From: Mobula hypostoma
Lineage: Eukaryota
Length of the DNA: 64,000 nucleotides
Reading direction: 5' to 3'
NCBI RefSeq assembly: GCF_963921235.1
Contig: NC_086097.1
Span: 111,664,001 to 111,728,000, forward strand
Shown: in pieces, positions 11,082 through 23,289 of the stretch
Numbering within the stretch: the stretch's first letter is position 1
Layout: each line of letters starts with the position of its first letter
Program-made: the position numbers and the translations under genes
Notes under the pieces: model-generated
Database searches by the model: none
What the model was told of the DNA's origin: nothing
Seen by the model: only the letters and a program-made list of their open reading frames with translations

Positions 11082-13865
11082 TGTCAGGAAGGGGCGCTGG
11101 GAACGGACCCAAATGCAAGACACAGAGACTGAAGTACAAGGATCCGGACTTGAGTAGAGTAGGGACATGATAGGATACAGACAAGGAGCAGGGACAAGAA
11201 CGCAGACTTGGGCTTGGACCCTGAGCCAGAGATTGGACAAGGACCAAGAACCTGGGTCTTGCCTCGGGCTCGGGCCCCAGAACCAGGCAAGGAGATGACA
11301 TGACTACAGGACATGAGGCTGGGATCTTGAGGCTTGATCTTGAGCCTGGAGACATAGAAACAGAAAATAGGTGAAGTAGGCCATTCGGCCCTTCGAGCCT
11401 GCACCACCATTCAGTATGATCATGGCTGATCATCCAACTCAGAACCCTGTACCTGCCTTCCCTCCATACCCCCCAATCTCTTTAGCCACAAGGGCCATAT
11501 CTAACTCCCTCTTAAATATAGCCAATGAACTGGCCTCAACTGTTTCCTGTGGCAGAGAATTCCACAGATTCACCACTCTCTGTGTGAAGAAGTTTTTCCT
11601 AATCTCAGTCCTAAAGGGCTTCCCCTTTATCCTCAAACCGTGACCCCTCATCATGGACTTCCCCAACATTGGGAACAATCTTCCTGCATCTAGCCTGTCC
11701 ACTCCCTTTAGGATTTTATACGTTTCAATAAGATTCCCCCTCAATCTTCTAAATTCCAACGAGTATAAGCCTAGTTCATCCAGTCTTTCATCATATGAAA
11801 GTCCTGCCATCCCAGGAATCAATCTGGTGAACCTTCTTTGTACTCCCTCTATGGCAAGGATGTCTTTTCTCAGATTAGGGGACCAAAACTGCACACAATA
11901 CTCCAGGTGAGGTCTCACCAAGGCCTTGTACAACTGCAGTAGTATCTCCCTGCTCCTGTACTCGAATCCTCTTGCTATGAATACCAGCATACCATTCGCC
12001 TTTTTCACCGCCTGCTGTACCTGCGTGCCCACTTTCAATGACTGGTGTATAATGACACCCAGGTCTCGTTGCACCTCCTCTTTTCCTAATTGGTCAACAT
12101 TCAGATAATAATCTGTTTTCCTGTTTTTGCCACCAGTGGATAACCTCATATTTATCCACATTAAATGCCATGAATTTGCCCACTCACCTAACCTATCCAA
12201 GTCACCTTGCATCCTCTTAACATCCTCCTCACAGCTAACACTGCCGCCCAGCTTCATGTCATCCTTAAACTTGGAGATGCTTCATTTAATTCTCTCATCC
12301 AAGTCATTAATATATATTGTGAACAACTGGGGTCCCAGCACTGAGCCTTGCGGTACCCCACTAGTCACTGCCTGCCATTCTGAAAAGGTCCCATTTATTC
12401 CCACTCTTTCCTTTATATCTGCCAATCAATTCTCTATCCACATCAATACCATACCCCCAATACCATGTGCTTTAAGTTTGCACACTAATCTCCTGTGTGG
12501 GACCTTGTCAAAAACCTTTTGAAAATCCAAATATACCACATCCACTGGTTCTCCCCTATCCATTCTACTAGTTACATCCTCAAAAAATTCTATGAGATTC
12601 ATCAGACATGTTTTTCCTTTCACAAATCTATGCTGACTTTGTCTGATGATTTCACCGCTTTCCAAATGTGCTGTTATCACATCTTTGATAACTGACTCTA
12701 GCATTTTCCCCACCCCCGATGTTCAGCTAACTGGTCTACAATTCCCTGGTTTCTCTCTCCCTCCTTTTTTAAAAAGCGGGGGTTACATTAGCCACCCTCC
12801 AATCCTCAGGAACTAGTCCAGAATCTGAAGAGTTTTGAAAAATTATCACTAATGCATCAACTATTTCTTGGGCTACTTCCTTAAGCAATCTGGGATGCAG
12901 ACTATTTGGCCCTGGGGATTTATCCGCCTTTAATCCCTTCAATTTACCTAACACCACTTCCCTACTAACATGTATTTCCCTCAGTTCCTCCATCTCACTG
13001 GACCCTCTGTCCCCTATTTCTGGGCTGGGGTCTTGGATCTTGAGCTGGGAGACGAGCTGGGGTCTTGAGATTTGGAGGCTGATAACTCGGAGGCTGGAAC
13101 TTGGAGACAGACTGGGAACTGTACACCAACATAAAGCTGGGACTTATCTTTGAAAAAGCTGAGACTCCTCTAACACGACACCAGCATGAGACAGGACAGT
13201 ACATAGACAGAGCCGGGACTCATACTTAGACAAGCCAGGACTCAACTTCTCTCCACCAAGGTGGGACAGGGCCATCCGTCTGTAATGGCAGAACGGCCAG
13301 ACCTACCCAACAGATGCAAAGACAAGACAAGACAGGTCCCCCCGTGGGGAAACGGCAGGACGGCATGACTTACCCCATGGAGGCGAGGACAAGAAGAGAC
13401 AAACACCAAAGAATGACAGACAGTTGCATCTCTGCTTTGGGGTTGCTCCGAGTTGCAATTACAGCCAGCAACCTCAGCTGGCTATGGAAATAGCCGGATC
13501 CCTACCTAGCTCAGAGTGGCCGACAGCCACTCAGCTGGCCTGGGAAACAGCCAAATCCATACTGCGATAACAGCTCGAACTACCGACAGCAAGGCTCTAT
13601 GAAGCAATGGTTCTCCAACGTGGCCTGAAGGTGACAAGTGGCCACCCTAGCCTTCCACAGGCAGGTTGCTCCCAAGGGATCTTGACAAGACAAACCAACA
13701 GCCCACACTCAAGCCCAAGGCCACTTATATTCCAAGCCCCAAGATGGGAATCAGGTGCCTATGATTAACTCAAACTAAACAAGGGACAGCCGGAAGACCT
13801 GGAATCCTGAGTCCACGGACTGGACCAGGAACCAGAATGCAGATTTTACCGACCAGACCATGACA
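11082..13865 (-). mobile_element. Solo LTR (Gypsy-type) carrying a CR1 insertion
   Basis: TGTCA...TGACA ends. TSD CCCTT at 11077-11081 and 13866-13870. Homologous, inverted, to 59880-60946. Confidence 0.9.
11352..13020 (-). mobile_element. 5'-truncated CR1 LINE (RT and 3' UTR)
   Basis: ORFs 12769-12993, 12426-12713 and 11439-12257 (KSPGP, YLDFQK, RPHLEYCVQFW). The CR1 tail is at about 11352-11400. Confidence 0.95.
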
Positions 13866-15120
13866 CCCTTAGCATGGTACTGCTTCTGCAAAATTAAAAT
13901 ATTGCCATCATACTGTATGACAATGCTAATAAGTCTGATTCAGATTCTGCTTTGATTATAATCAGAGCCTATAAAAATATTCACCACCCTTGGAAGTTTT
14001 CATGTTTTATTGTTCTATAACATTGAATCACAATGCATTTAATTGGGCTTTTTTTTGACACTAATCAACAAAAAAGGACTATTTCATGTTAAAGTGAAAA
14101 CAGATCTCTACAAAGTGATTTAAGTGAATTACAATGATAAAAAACAAAATAATTGATTGCACAAGTATTCACCTGCTTCCAGTCAGTATTTAGTAGATGC
14201 ACTTTTGGCAGCAATTACAGCCGCGAGTCTATGTGGATTGGTCGCTATCTTTGCACACCTGGACACTGCAGATTTTCTCCATTCTCCTTTACAAAACTGC
14301 TCAAGTGTTATCAGATTGCATGGGGATCCTGTGTGAATAGCCCTGTTCAAATCCAGGCACAAATTCTCAAATGGAGTAAAGTCCAAAGTCTGACTTGGAT
14401 ACTCCAGCACATTAACTTTGTTGTTTTTAAGCCATTCCTGTTTAGCTTTGGCTTATGTTTGGGGTCATTGTCTTGCTGGGAAAACAAATCTCCTAAGTCA
14501 CAGTTCTCTTGCAGACCGTTAGGTTTTTCTCCAGGATTTCCTTGTATTTTGCTGCATTCATTTTACCCTCTACTTTGACAAGTCTTCCAAGGACTGCTTC
14601 AGTGAAGCATCCCCACAGCATGCCTCACAGCAAGGATAGTGTGTTTTGGATGATGTGCAGTATTTGGCTTACACCAAACATAGCATTTAGTCTGGTTGCC
14701 AAAAAACTCAACTTTGGTTTCATCAGATGTGGAATCCTTTTCCAGCTGACTTCAGAGACTCCCAAGTGCCTTCTGGCAAACTCTAGCTGAGATTTCATGG
14801 GAGTTTTTTTCCCCCCAACAATGTTCTCTTTGCCACTCTCCCATAAAACTGACTGGTGAAGCACCTGGCAGCAACTGTTGTATGTGCAGTCTCTCCCATC
14901 GCAGTTATTGAAGCCTGTGACTCCTCCAGAGTTGTCATAGATCTCTTGGTGGCCTCCCTCACTAATCCCCTTGAAAGTCGCTCAGTTCTTGAGGGCAGCC
15001 TGCACTGGGCACATTTACAGCTGTGCCATATTCTTTCCTTTTCTTGATGATTGTACTGTACTCCATGGGATATTCGGTGACTTGGAAATTTTCTTGAAGC
15101 CATCTCCTGACTTGTGCTTT

Positions 15121-18100
15121 TGTCGCAAGGACGTGGCTGGGGACGAACCCAAGTGCAGGGCACAGATGCTGAGGCAGGGTCGTTAGGCGTAGACCCCTCG
15201 CGAACGGGGAGTCAATACCCAGGAGACGATGCGAAGCTTAGAACTGACAGTTCTCAGGAATAGGAAACAGGGTTTACTCTCACGAGAGTCGACCAACGAA
15301 CTGGCGGCTTCTTGCTATGGTCGCAGGGTTTCTATCCTGCCGTTTGATGGGAAGCAGGTGCGTGTAGTTAGTGGTACTTGGGAATGACTGGAATCTAAAT
15401 GAGGTGATCGAGGCCCAAATCTTGAGGCGAATGTCAAGGTGCGGGATTGCCGACGGGACTATGACAGTACCCTCTCCCTCAGTGGGAGCCTCCAGGCGAT
15501 CTTCCCGGCCTGTCCGGATGGTCCCGATGAAAATTCTGGATGAGGGAGGGGTCTAGGATGAAGGAGCGGTGGATCCAGGAACGCGCTTCTGGACCGTACC
15601 CTTCCCAGTCCACCAGATACTGGAGACCCCCGCCCCGACGGCGCACATCTAGTAGTCGTCGGACAGTGTATGCCGGATGGTTGTCATTGATACGGGCAGG
15701 TGGGGGAGTCTCGGCAGGGGGACACAGCGGGCTGATGGAAACTGGCTTTAACTGAGACACATGAAAGGTTGGGTGGATGCGCATGGATCCAGGCAGCTTT
15801 AGGCGGACCACTGTGGAATTGATTACCCTTTCAACCTTGAATGATCTCAGGAAGCGAGGGGCGAGTTTTCTATGTTTGTTCTTGAGCGGGATGTCCTTGG
15901 AGGCCAGCCACACCATATGCCCAGGTCGGTACTCCGGCGCCGGGATGCGATGTCGGTCGGCTATCTTCTCATTTCGATTTATTGATTTGAGTAGGGCGGT
16001 GCGTGTCTCCTCCCAAATCTTAAGGCACCGATTAATATGATCCTGAACCGACTGTACTGCAATCTCTTTTTGCGCGGGAAACAGCGAGGGTTGATACCCA
16101 AGGGAGCACTCGAACGGAGACCTCCCAATGGCAGAGCTCACCAGAGAGTTGTGGGCGTACTCAACCCACGGGAGGTGGTCGGTCCAGGTCGATGGGTTGT
16201 TTGCCGTTACACAACGAAACATCGCCTCCAGATCTTAGTTTGCCCGTTCCGTCTGCCCGTTCGTCTGGCGGTGGAAGCCGGAAGACAGGCTGACCGATGC
16301 GCCCAAGGCTTGGCAGAAGGCCTTCCATACTTGCGAGACAAACTGGGGACCTCGATCGGAGACGATGTCCGCGGGGATTCCGTGGAGGCGGAAGACGTGG
16401 CGGACGAGAAGATCTGCGGTTTCCTGAGAGGAAGGAGGTTTAGGGAGGGCCACAAGGTGCACCGCCTTAGAGAATCGAATCGGTCTACCACGGTGAGGAC
16501 TGGTGTTTCCGCGGGAAGGGGGTAGACCGGTGACGAAGTCTAAGGCGATGTGTGACCAGGGACAGGTAGAGGACGAAGTAGCCCCGCAGGTGGTCAATGA
16601 GAGACTTTTCCCCGGGCACAGATGGAACAAGCTGAGACACAAGAAAGGGTCTCCCCCTCCATGGACGGCCACCAAAAGTGCTTCCTCAGGAGAGCCAGGG
16701 TCCGATCACTCCCGGGGTGGCAGGCGAACCGGGATGTGTACCCCCATTGGAGAACCTGGGATCTGACGGAGGCGGACACGTACAGGCGATCGCCGAGTCC
16801 ATTGCCAGGGTCGGGGTCGTCCCGCTAGGCTTCCTTTACTTTAGCCTCAATCTCCCAAGTGAGGATGGCAACCACGCAGGAAGGTGGGAGGATAGTCTTG
16901 GGACTGGAGGTGTCATCCTTGGAGTCATGCTGGCGAGACAGAGCGTCTGGCTTCTCGTTCTTGGATGCTGGACGGTACGTGAGGGTAAACCTGAACCGGC
17001 CAAAAAAATAATGCCCAACGGGCCTGGCGGGAATTCAGGCGCTTGGTGGTCTGGATATATTCAAGGTTTTTATGGTCCGTCCCCACGATGAATGGGTGTT
17101 CCGCTCCCTCCAACCAGTGTCTCTACTCTAACACCAGTTTGATCGCCAGTAGCTCCCGGTTCCCCACGTCGTAATTTCGTTCAGCGGGAGACAGTCGGCG
17201 AGAGAAGGCGGCACAGGGATGTAGTTTCTGATCCGGGCCCGGACGTTGGGACAGTACCGCTCCCACCCCAGAGTCGGAGGCGTCAACCTCCATGATGAAT
17301 TGACAGGAGAGGTCCAGTTGAATCAGAACGGGAGCAGACGTGAAACGCCTCTTTAGTTCCGCGAATGTCGAGTCCGCCTCGGGGTCCAAAGGAAAGGTGC
17401 GGCAGCTGAGGTAAGTCGGGTCAGAGGAGCCACCACCTGACTGTAGTTTCTGATGAACCGGCGATAGAAGTTCGCAAACCCCTGGAACCGTTGGAGTTGC
17501 TTACGGTCCGTGAGTTTGGGCCACTCCGTCACAGCCAGGATCTTCTTGGGATCAGCTCACCTGTCCTCTCTCGATGACATAACCTAGGAAGCTGATCAAG
17601 GGGACGTGGAATTCGCACTTCTCCGCCTTTACGAATAACTTATTCTCCCCCAGTCTCTGCAGGACTTGACAGACATGAAGCACGTGTTGCTGGGGACTGC
17701 TGGAAAAGATTAGGATGTCATCCAGATAGACAAACACAAAGCGGTTAATAAAGTCTCTTAGTACATCGTTAATCAGGGCTTGAAAGACTGCAGGGGCATT
17801 GGTGAGGCCAAAAGGCATGACTCGAAGTGGTTTAAAGCGGTATTGAATGCCGTCTTCCACTCGTCCCCCTCCCTTATTCGGACCAGAAGGTAGGCGCTTC
17901 GTAGGTCTAACTTCGAGAATATGGTGGCTCCGTGAAGTGGCTCGAACGCAGAATTTATCAGAGGCAGTGGTACTTGTTCTTAATGGTTTTATGATTTAGG
18001 CCTCGGTAGTCGATGCGGGGACGTAGGGAACCATCCTTCTTCCCCACCAGGGAGGACGAGGGTCGGATGATGCCCGCCGCGAGAGATTCACTGATGTAAC

Positions 18101-19993
18101 CCTCCATTGCTTCCCTCTCTGGCCGGGTCAAGTTATACAGGCGACTGGTGGGTAGAGGAGCTCCGGGGAGGTGGTCGATAGCACAATCGTATGGTCGATG
18201 CGGAGGCAGGGAATGGACGCGTTGCTTACTAAATACGTATCCCAGGTCGTGGTACTCTGCTGGAATCCTGGACAAGTCAGCGGGTTCAACTGCAGATGAG
18301 GTCGAGGTGGTTTTCGCAGGGGAAAGGGCCGACTGTAGACAGGTGGCGTGACAAAACGGACTCCAGCTGGCTATCCTCGCGGTGGACCAATCAATGCAAG
18401 GGTTGTGGCGGCTCAACCATGGGTATCCAACTATTGGGGCTTGAGGGGAGGAGATCAAGTTAAATTGTACCTGTTCCCGATGGTTCCCCGAGAGAATCAA
18501 AGACAGTGATGGGGTACGGTGAGTGATTCGGGCCAGAAGTCTTCCGTCCAGTGCGCGGGCTTCCAGAGGGGTAGCCAACGGCTCTCGAGGAATTCCGGCT
18601 GGGAAGCTACATCTTCAGCCAACAGATCCCCCTCAGCACCGGAGTCTATCAAGGCAGACAAGGACAGGGACTGTTGGTTGTAGCTTACAGTAGCTTGGAT
18701 CTGCATCCGGGATTGGGGGACAGAAGGGAATGTGGTTTGGCTCACCAGGGTCCCCCTTTCTACTGGTGAACCCTCCCTTTTGGCCGAAGGGGACAAGTGT
18801 CACGAAAATGGCCAGACTGACCACAGTAGAAACAATCCCCTGCTCTGAATCTCCAGAGTTACTCTGAGGGAGAAAGACCGCTCCGTCCCAGCTGTATTGG
18901 TTCCTGTCCCAGGGTGGCGGAAACAGCCGGGCCGGATGCTATTCTAGGAGTGGGAGGAAGAGAGGGGTTAGGGCTGGGAGTAGATGGTAAAGCATGCCGT
19001 GGGGTGGCCAAAGGACGACCGGTTCTCTCCCTCTGTCCTTCTCGGAGTCAGTTGTCCAGCCTGGTGGCCAGGGAGATCAATGAATCCAGGCTGTTAGTGT
19101 CATCCCTAGCCGCCAACTCGTCCTTTACCTTGTCACAGAGGCCTTGCCGGAATACCTCCTGGAGTGCCTCATCATTCCAGCCCGAGTCGGCCGCTAGCAT
19201 CCGGATCTCCACGGAGTATTCTGCAACATGACATGAGCCTTGATGGAGGGCGAGTAGCCGCTTAGCGGCATCTTTACCGCAGACGGGATGGTCAAAAATC
19301 TTCCTTATTTCTGAGATGAAGGTGGGGAAGGAAGAGGCTGATTATCCCAAATCGTGGTGGCCCACGCTAAGGCATTTCCTTGCAATAACCACATAATGTA
19401 AGCTATTTTAGATCTGTCCGTGGCGTACGTGGATGGCTGCTGCTCGAACACCAGGGAATATTGTAGCAGAAAAGCCCGGCACTTCCCCAGATCTCCGGCG
19501 TAGGGTTCTAAAGGTTCGGGGACGCGCGGCTCCCTTAGCGGACGTGTTGTTGACACCTCGGGCGTCGCCACCACAGGCTGTCTGGGCTGGTCAGACGGAG
19601 TCCCCGAAGTCGACGGGGTAAGATGGGTGGATACTCGGTCGACCTGTTCACTGACCTTTCTTACGTCTGCTGACAGGCGACGGAGGTTCTCCAAGACTTC
19701 CCGGAGCAGCGGGTCGTGCAAGTCCTGGCTGGCGAGGGCTTGTTGCAGAGGATTCGTGTCCGCTGGGTTCAGGTTGGCCAGTTCGTTCTGTTGCAAGGAC
19801 GTGGCTGGGGACGAACCCAAGTGCAGGACACAGATGCTGAGGCAGAGTCGTTAGGCGTAGACCCTTCGCGAACGGGGAGTCAATACCCAGGAGACGATGC
19901 GAAGCTTAGAACTAACAGTTCTCAGGAATAGGAAACAGGCCCAAATCTTGAGGCAAATGGCAAGGTGGGGGATTGCCAGACGGGACCATAACA
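15121..19993 (-). mobile_element. Full-length Gypsy chromovirus (Tf1/sushi group): gag-PR-RT-RNase H-IN-chromodomain, frameshifted
   Basis: LTRs 15121-15466 and 19789-19993, TSD GCTTT (15116-15120 and 19994-19998), PPT GAGGGAGAGGGTAC. Gag PEP..GDLGKCRAFL and CFYCGQSGHFRDTC, PR LIDSGA, RT YLDD, RNase H DASD, IN SDRGPQF/NGQTER, chromodomain [12 protein letters not shown]. Confidence 0.97.
19777..19787 (-). promoter_or_regulatory. Self-priming-type primer binding site
   Basis: Element-sense AACGAACTGGC lies 1 nt inside the 5' LTR end and is exactly complementary to GCCAGTTCGTT in the LTR (15305-15295). It does not begin with TGG. Confidence 0.85.
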
Positions 19994-20649
19994 GCTTTAT
20001 GACAATCTTTTTCCCGGAATTCTTTGGAGTGCTCTTTTGTCTTCATGGTGTAGTTTTTGCCAGGATACTGACTCACCAGCAGTTGGATCTTCCAGATACA
20101 GGTGTATTTTTATTACAATCAATTGAAACACCTTGACTGTACACAGGTCTCCGAACACAGATCTCCATTGAACTTCTAAAACCAAACGGCTACATCAGTG
20201 ATGATTTGGTGTGTCGTATTAAGGGGAGGGGTGGGGTGAATACTTATGCAATCGGTTATTTTGTTTTATATTTGTAATTTAATCAGATAATTTTTAGAGA
20301 TTTGTTTTCACTTTGACACGAAAGAGTCTTGTTCTGTTGATCAGTGTCAAAAAAGGCAAATTAAATCCACTGCGATTCAATGATGTAAAACAATAAAACA
20401 TGAAAACTTTGGGGAGGGGGTTAATACTTTTCATAGGCACTCTATGATTATGACTAAGTTTATGATTATAAACCGGAAAACTCTCCGGTAATTACCGATA
20501 ACCACACGTACGTTAGGTAAAGATTAACTGACCGCTGCATATGAGGGCCCCTGACCAGCTGCTTTAACTGATACCGGGCTTTATGAGAACATTATCAGGG
20601 ATTTCATTCATCGCAGAGCATTACAGTTTGAAGCAAGCATTATGCTTTG

Positions 20650-21725
20650 TGTAGGTGATTAACGTCCGTGGCGAATGAGTCTGGAATGTCATCTCGCCCA
20701 GAACCTTGGGGGCAAACCTTCGCAGAATCGAGGAAGTTGCGTGTAATAGTCTCCTGAGTTGTATGCCAGTCCCGAACGAGTCAGAGTCAAAACTCCGTTT
20801 CTGTAGGATTACATTGCTAACAGATAAACAGGCGAACACTAGAAGAAGGAACTCTGGAGGAACTATGAACGCCTCCAAGCCGTGCTCGATGCAAGTTTTT
20901 AATAATGAACTGAAACACTAAGGTGACCGCACATTTCACCACATGCTTCATCTGTTCCCTAAACCTGGATTGAGTTACCACTGGCAATTGTTACTATTCA
21001 TATCACGTTTGCAGATATAAAACGGGATAATTTGTTCACCATCACTCCCGCCCACCGTATCTAACGAATAAATGAACTGTGCAACATGTGATATCCGCGG
21101 GATAATAGAGCTTTAGGACAGGGAGAGGAATACAATTTAAGTACTCCTCCTTCTTCAACTCGGCTACTCTGTGTTCTCCCCCTTGCTCTTACCCAACGAC
21201 TCCTTATAGGCCGTTCTGTCCATTGACATGTGTCTGCCCGATCGTTCAGAATTACAGCGGAAGAGAGCCCGTCAAGAGTTTAATCCCACCCATCCAGCCC
21301 CACCCCATCGCCATTGCCCATCAGTCGAACAATCCTCGCACTGGTTTCTCTTACCCACTACACACCTCTGCTTTCCTCACTCGTTCCTTACATTCCACGC
21401 TTCACTTCCCTCTCCCATCCAATTCATTCTACAGTGTTTTGATACCCGTACTTATCCACTCCAACTTTCTGACATTTCCACTCAATCCATCATCCTCGCT
21501 GCCACCCCCCACCTACCCAATGGATCGTCCTATGGGTCGCCGGCGTTTGCTCTACGCTTTCCCTGTGTGTAGCAAGCGGCAGCAAAATCCCCTGTAACTT
21601 TTACGCTGGAATAGTTGAAGGACCCTGACCCAATAATCTGGTGTCGATTTCACTCCATTGATGCTGCCTGACCTTTGAAGACCTCTTGCGTTTTGTATTT
21701 TGTTCCGTATTCCAGTGTCTGCACT
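20650..21725 (+). mobile_element. Very eroded Penelope-like relic ending in an old pLTR
   Basis: GATGCTGCCTGACCTTTGAAG...TTCCAGTGTCTGCA (about 21660-21723) resembles the pLTR and tail. The upstream C/T-rich tract resembles the Penelope ORF. No ORF remains. Confidence 0.45.
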
Positions 21726-21873
21726 CTTTTATGACTAAGTGGACCGTATGGCAACGGGTAGCGTTTGGAAGTAGTTGCAATGGCGACGATCTGCTTTGAA
21801 CTTAGAAGATTTAAAAAAAATATTTCACGGAGTTTCCTAAAAATGAGTAGGGATCTTTCATCCCTGCAATACA

Positions 21874-21942
21874 CTGATTCCATTCGTAGACGTACACACC
21901 AGTAACCTGACTCCATTCATAGATGTACACACCAGTAACTTG
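21874..21942. repeat. 33-bp tandem duplication
   Basis: CTGA(T/C)TCCATTC(G/A)TAGA(C/T)GTACACACCAGTAAC, twice. Confidence 0.85.
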
Positions 21943-22922
21943 AAGAATATGGGAGGGTTAGTGACAACGACATCGGCACTGTGAACAAGGAGCGGTATCC
22001 AGGTGTCCAGGATATCGAGGGCGGCTTGCTGACGTGGGATGTAGGTCAGATATTCAAAACACTTGTGACGACGAGTCAGTGGGTCCCTCGATCTCGCATG
22101 TGGGATAAATGTTGAAGGACGCCAAACATTGGAACATGTCTTTGAGTAGACACAAGATTAAACGTCAGTGACATTGGAAGGTAAAAAGTGTCCGTGACCC
22201 CAACACCACGGCTCAAGTCTTTTGCAAATCAGAACCTACTATTGTACCTGGCATCGGCATCTTCCGTGAACTCCGGTCGCAAGGTACCGAAAGGTTTTCC
22301 TATTTATCTCGTTCAATACGCTGTGATGTTACAAACATTCTGTATCGTTTATATAGTGGTTCAATCACTGAGCGAATTTACTATATGAACCCTGTCCCTG
22401 TCTAACCAGATCCGAAAATCCTGATCGGGTTATTCCAAATCATTCGGATTCTGTCCTGCTGTATATTAGAACTCGTTCGACTGCACGAACTCACTGGAGA
22501 TGGTGCATAATCTGACCCTGGTCGGCCTGCTCTCGGGGAACAGCCTGGATGGAGCCTGCTCGCTGGTCACATTAGTAACTGGTATGACGTCTATAATGAG
22601 TTGATTGGACGCTCTAATTTTACCCGATACCTATTGGTTGCTTGAGCTGACCCACTATCCGTTGAGGCCTGAGCCCAATTTACGGGGGCCGGCCTGATGA
22701 GATTGTCGTCTTCGACCGCATGTGGGAGCTGGAGGACGATAAACGTCGTACAGCTCTGTTGTCTGTCCCAGAAAACCCCATTGCCAAGATCCAGTTCTAG
22801 GCTCTAAAATCAAAGAGCGCTGTATCATTGAGCCAGGCAAGTGGGTCCACCGTGTCTACACCTGAATGAAAGTGAACATCAAGTGCTATCAACCCCATCT
22901 TCTAGAACTTATTGTAGCCTTC

Positions 22923-23057
22923 CCCCTCCCACTTTCAAATCTCTTACTAGCTCTTCTTTCAGTTAGCCCTGACGAAGGGTCTCGGCCGGAAACGTCGACT
23001 GTACCTCTTCCTAGAGATGCTGCCTGGCCTGCTGCGTTCACCAGCAACTTTGATGTG
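22923..23057 (+). mobile_element. Short Penelope pLTR copy
   Basis: Matches the 3' end of 40243-42371. TSD TGTAGCCTTC at 22913-22922 and 23058-23067. Confidence 0.9.
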
Positions 23058-23289
23058 TGTAGCCTTCTCGTGAGGCGTTTCTGGTGCTACTACAGATATT
23101 TAAATAATGATAATGTTGTCAGCAATAGTACTTCTCTGGTAGCCTATTCCGGGCACTCATTAGTCTATGAGTGATAAAATGGTATCTGGTATTCCCTCTA
23201 GAGCTCTTACCCATTACCCTAAGTCCATGACTTCTAGATTTAATTACATCTGATATGAAAACATTTTTGATGCCTAGACACTTTATTAC

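Larger units (their letters stand above)
10380..13950 (+). mobile_element. Eroded Rex1/Babar-type LINE 3' fragment split by a solo LTR (pieces about 10380-11081 and 13866-13950)
   Basis: GAGTGGTGTCACAATAACAAC...GTCAGCAACACCAAA matches the WC-NN-L-VSKTKE region of 32848-33201. A GATTCA/GATTCT tail lies at about 13937-13949. Confidence 0.65.
13963..20442 (-). mobile_element. Tc1-like DNA transposon with decayed transposase, interrupted by a Gypsy element
   Basis: About 200-bp inverted repeats CAG(A/T)GCCTAT...GGAAGTTTTCATGTTTTATTG. Minus-strand fragments LEFARRHL and SQTLDFTPFENL (degenerate SPDLNPIENL). Same family as 44696-45579. Confidence 0.85.

Noticed and set aside
22691..22750. CTGATGAG...GATAAACGTC as a hammerhead or C/D snoRNA
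   Set aside because: No GAAA box, no helix I, and no suitably placed D box with a terminal stem.
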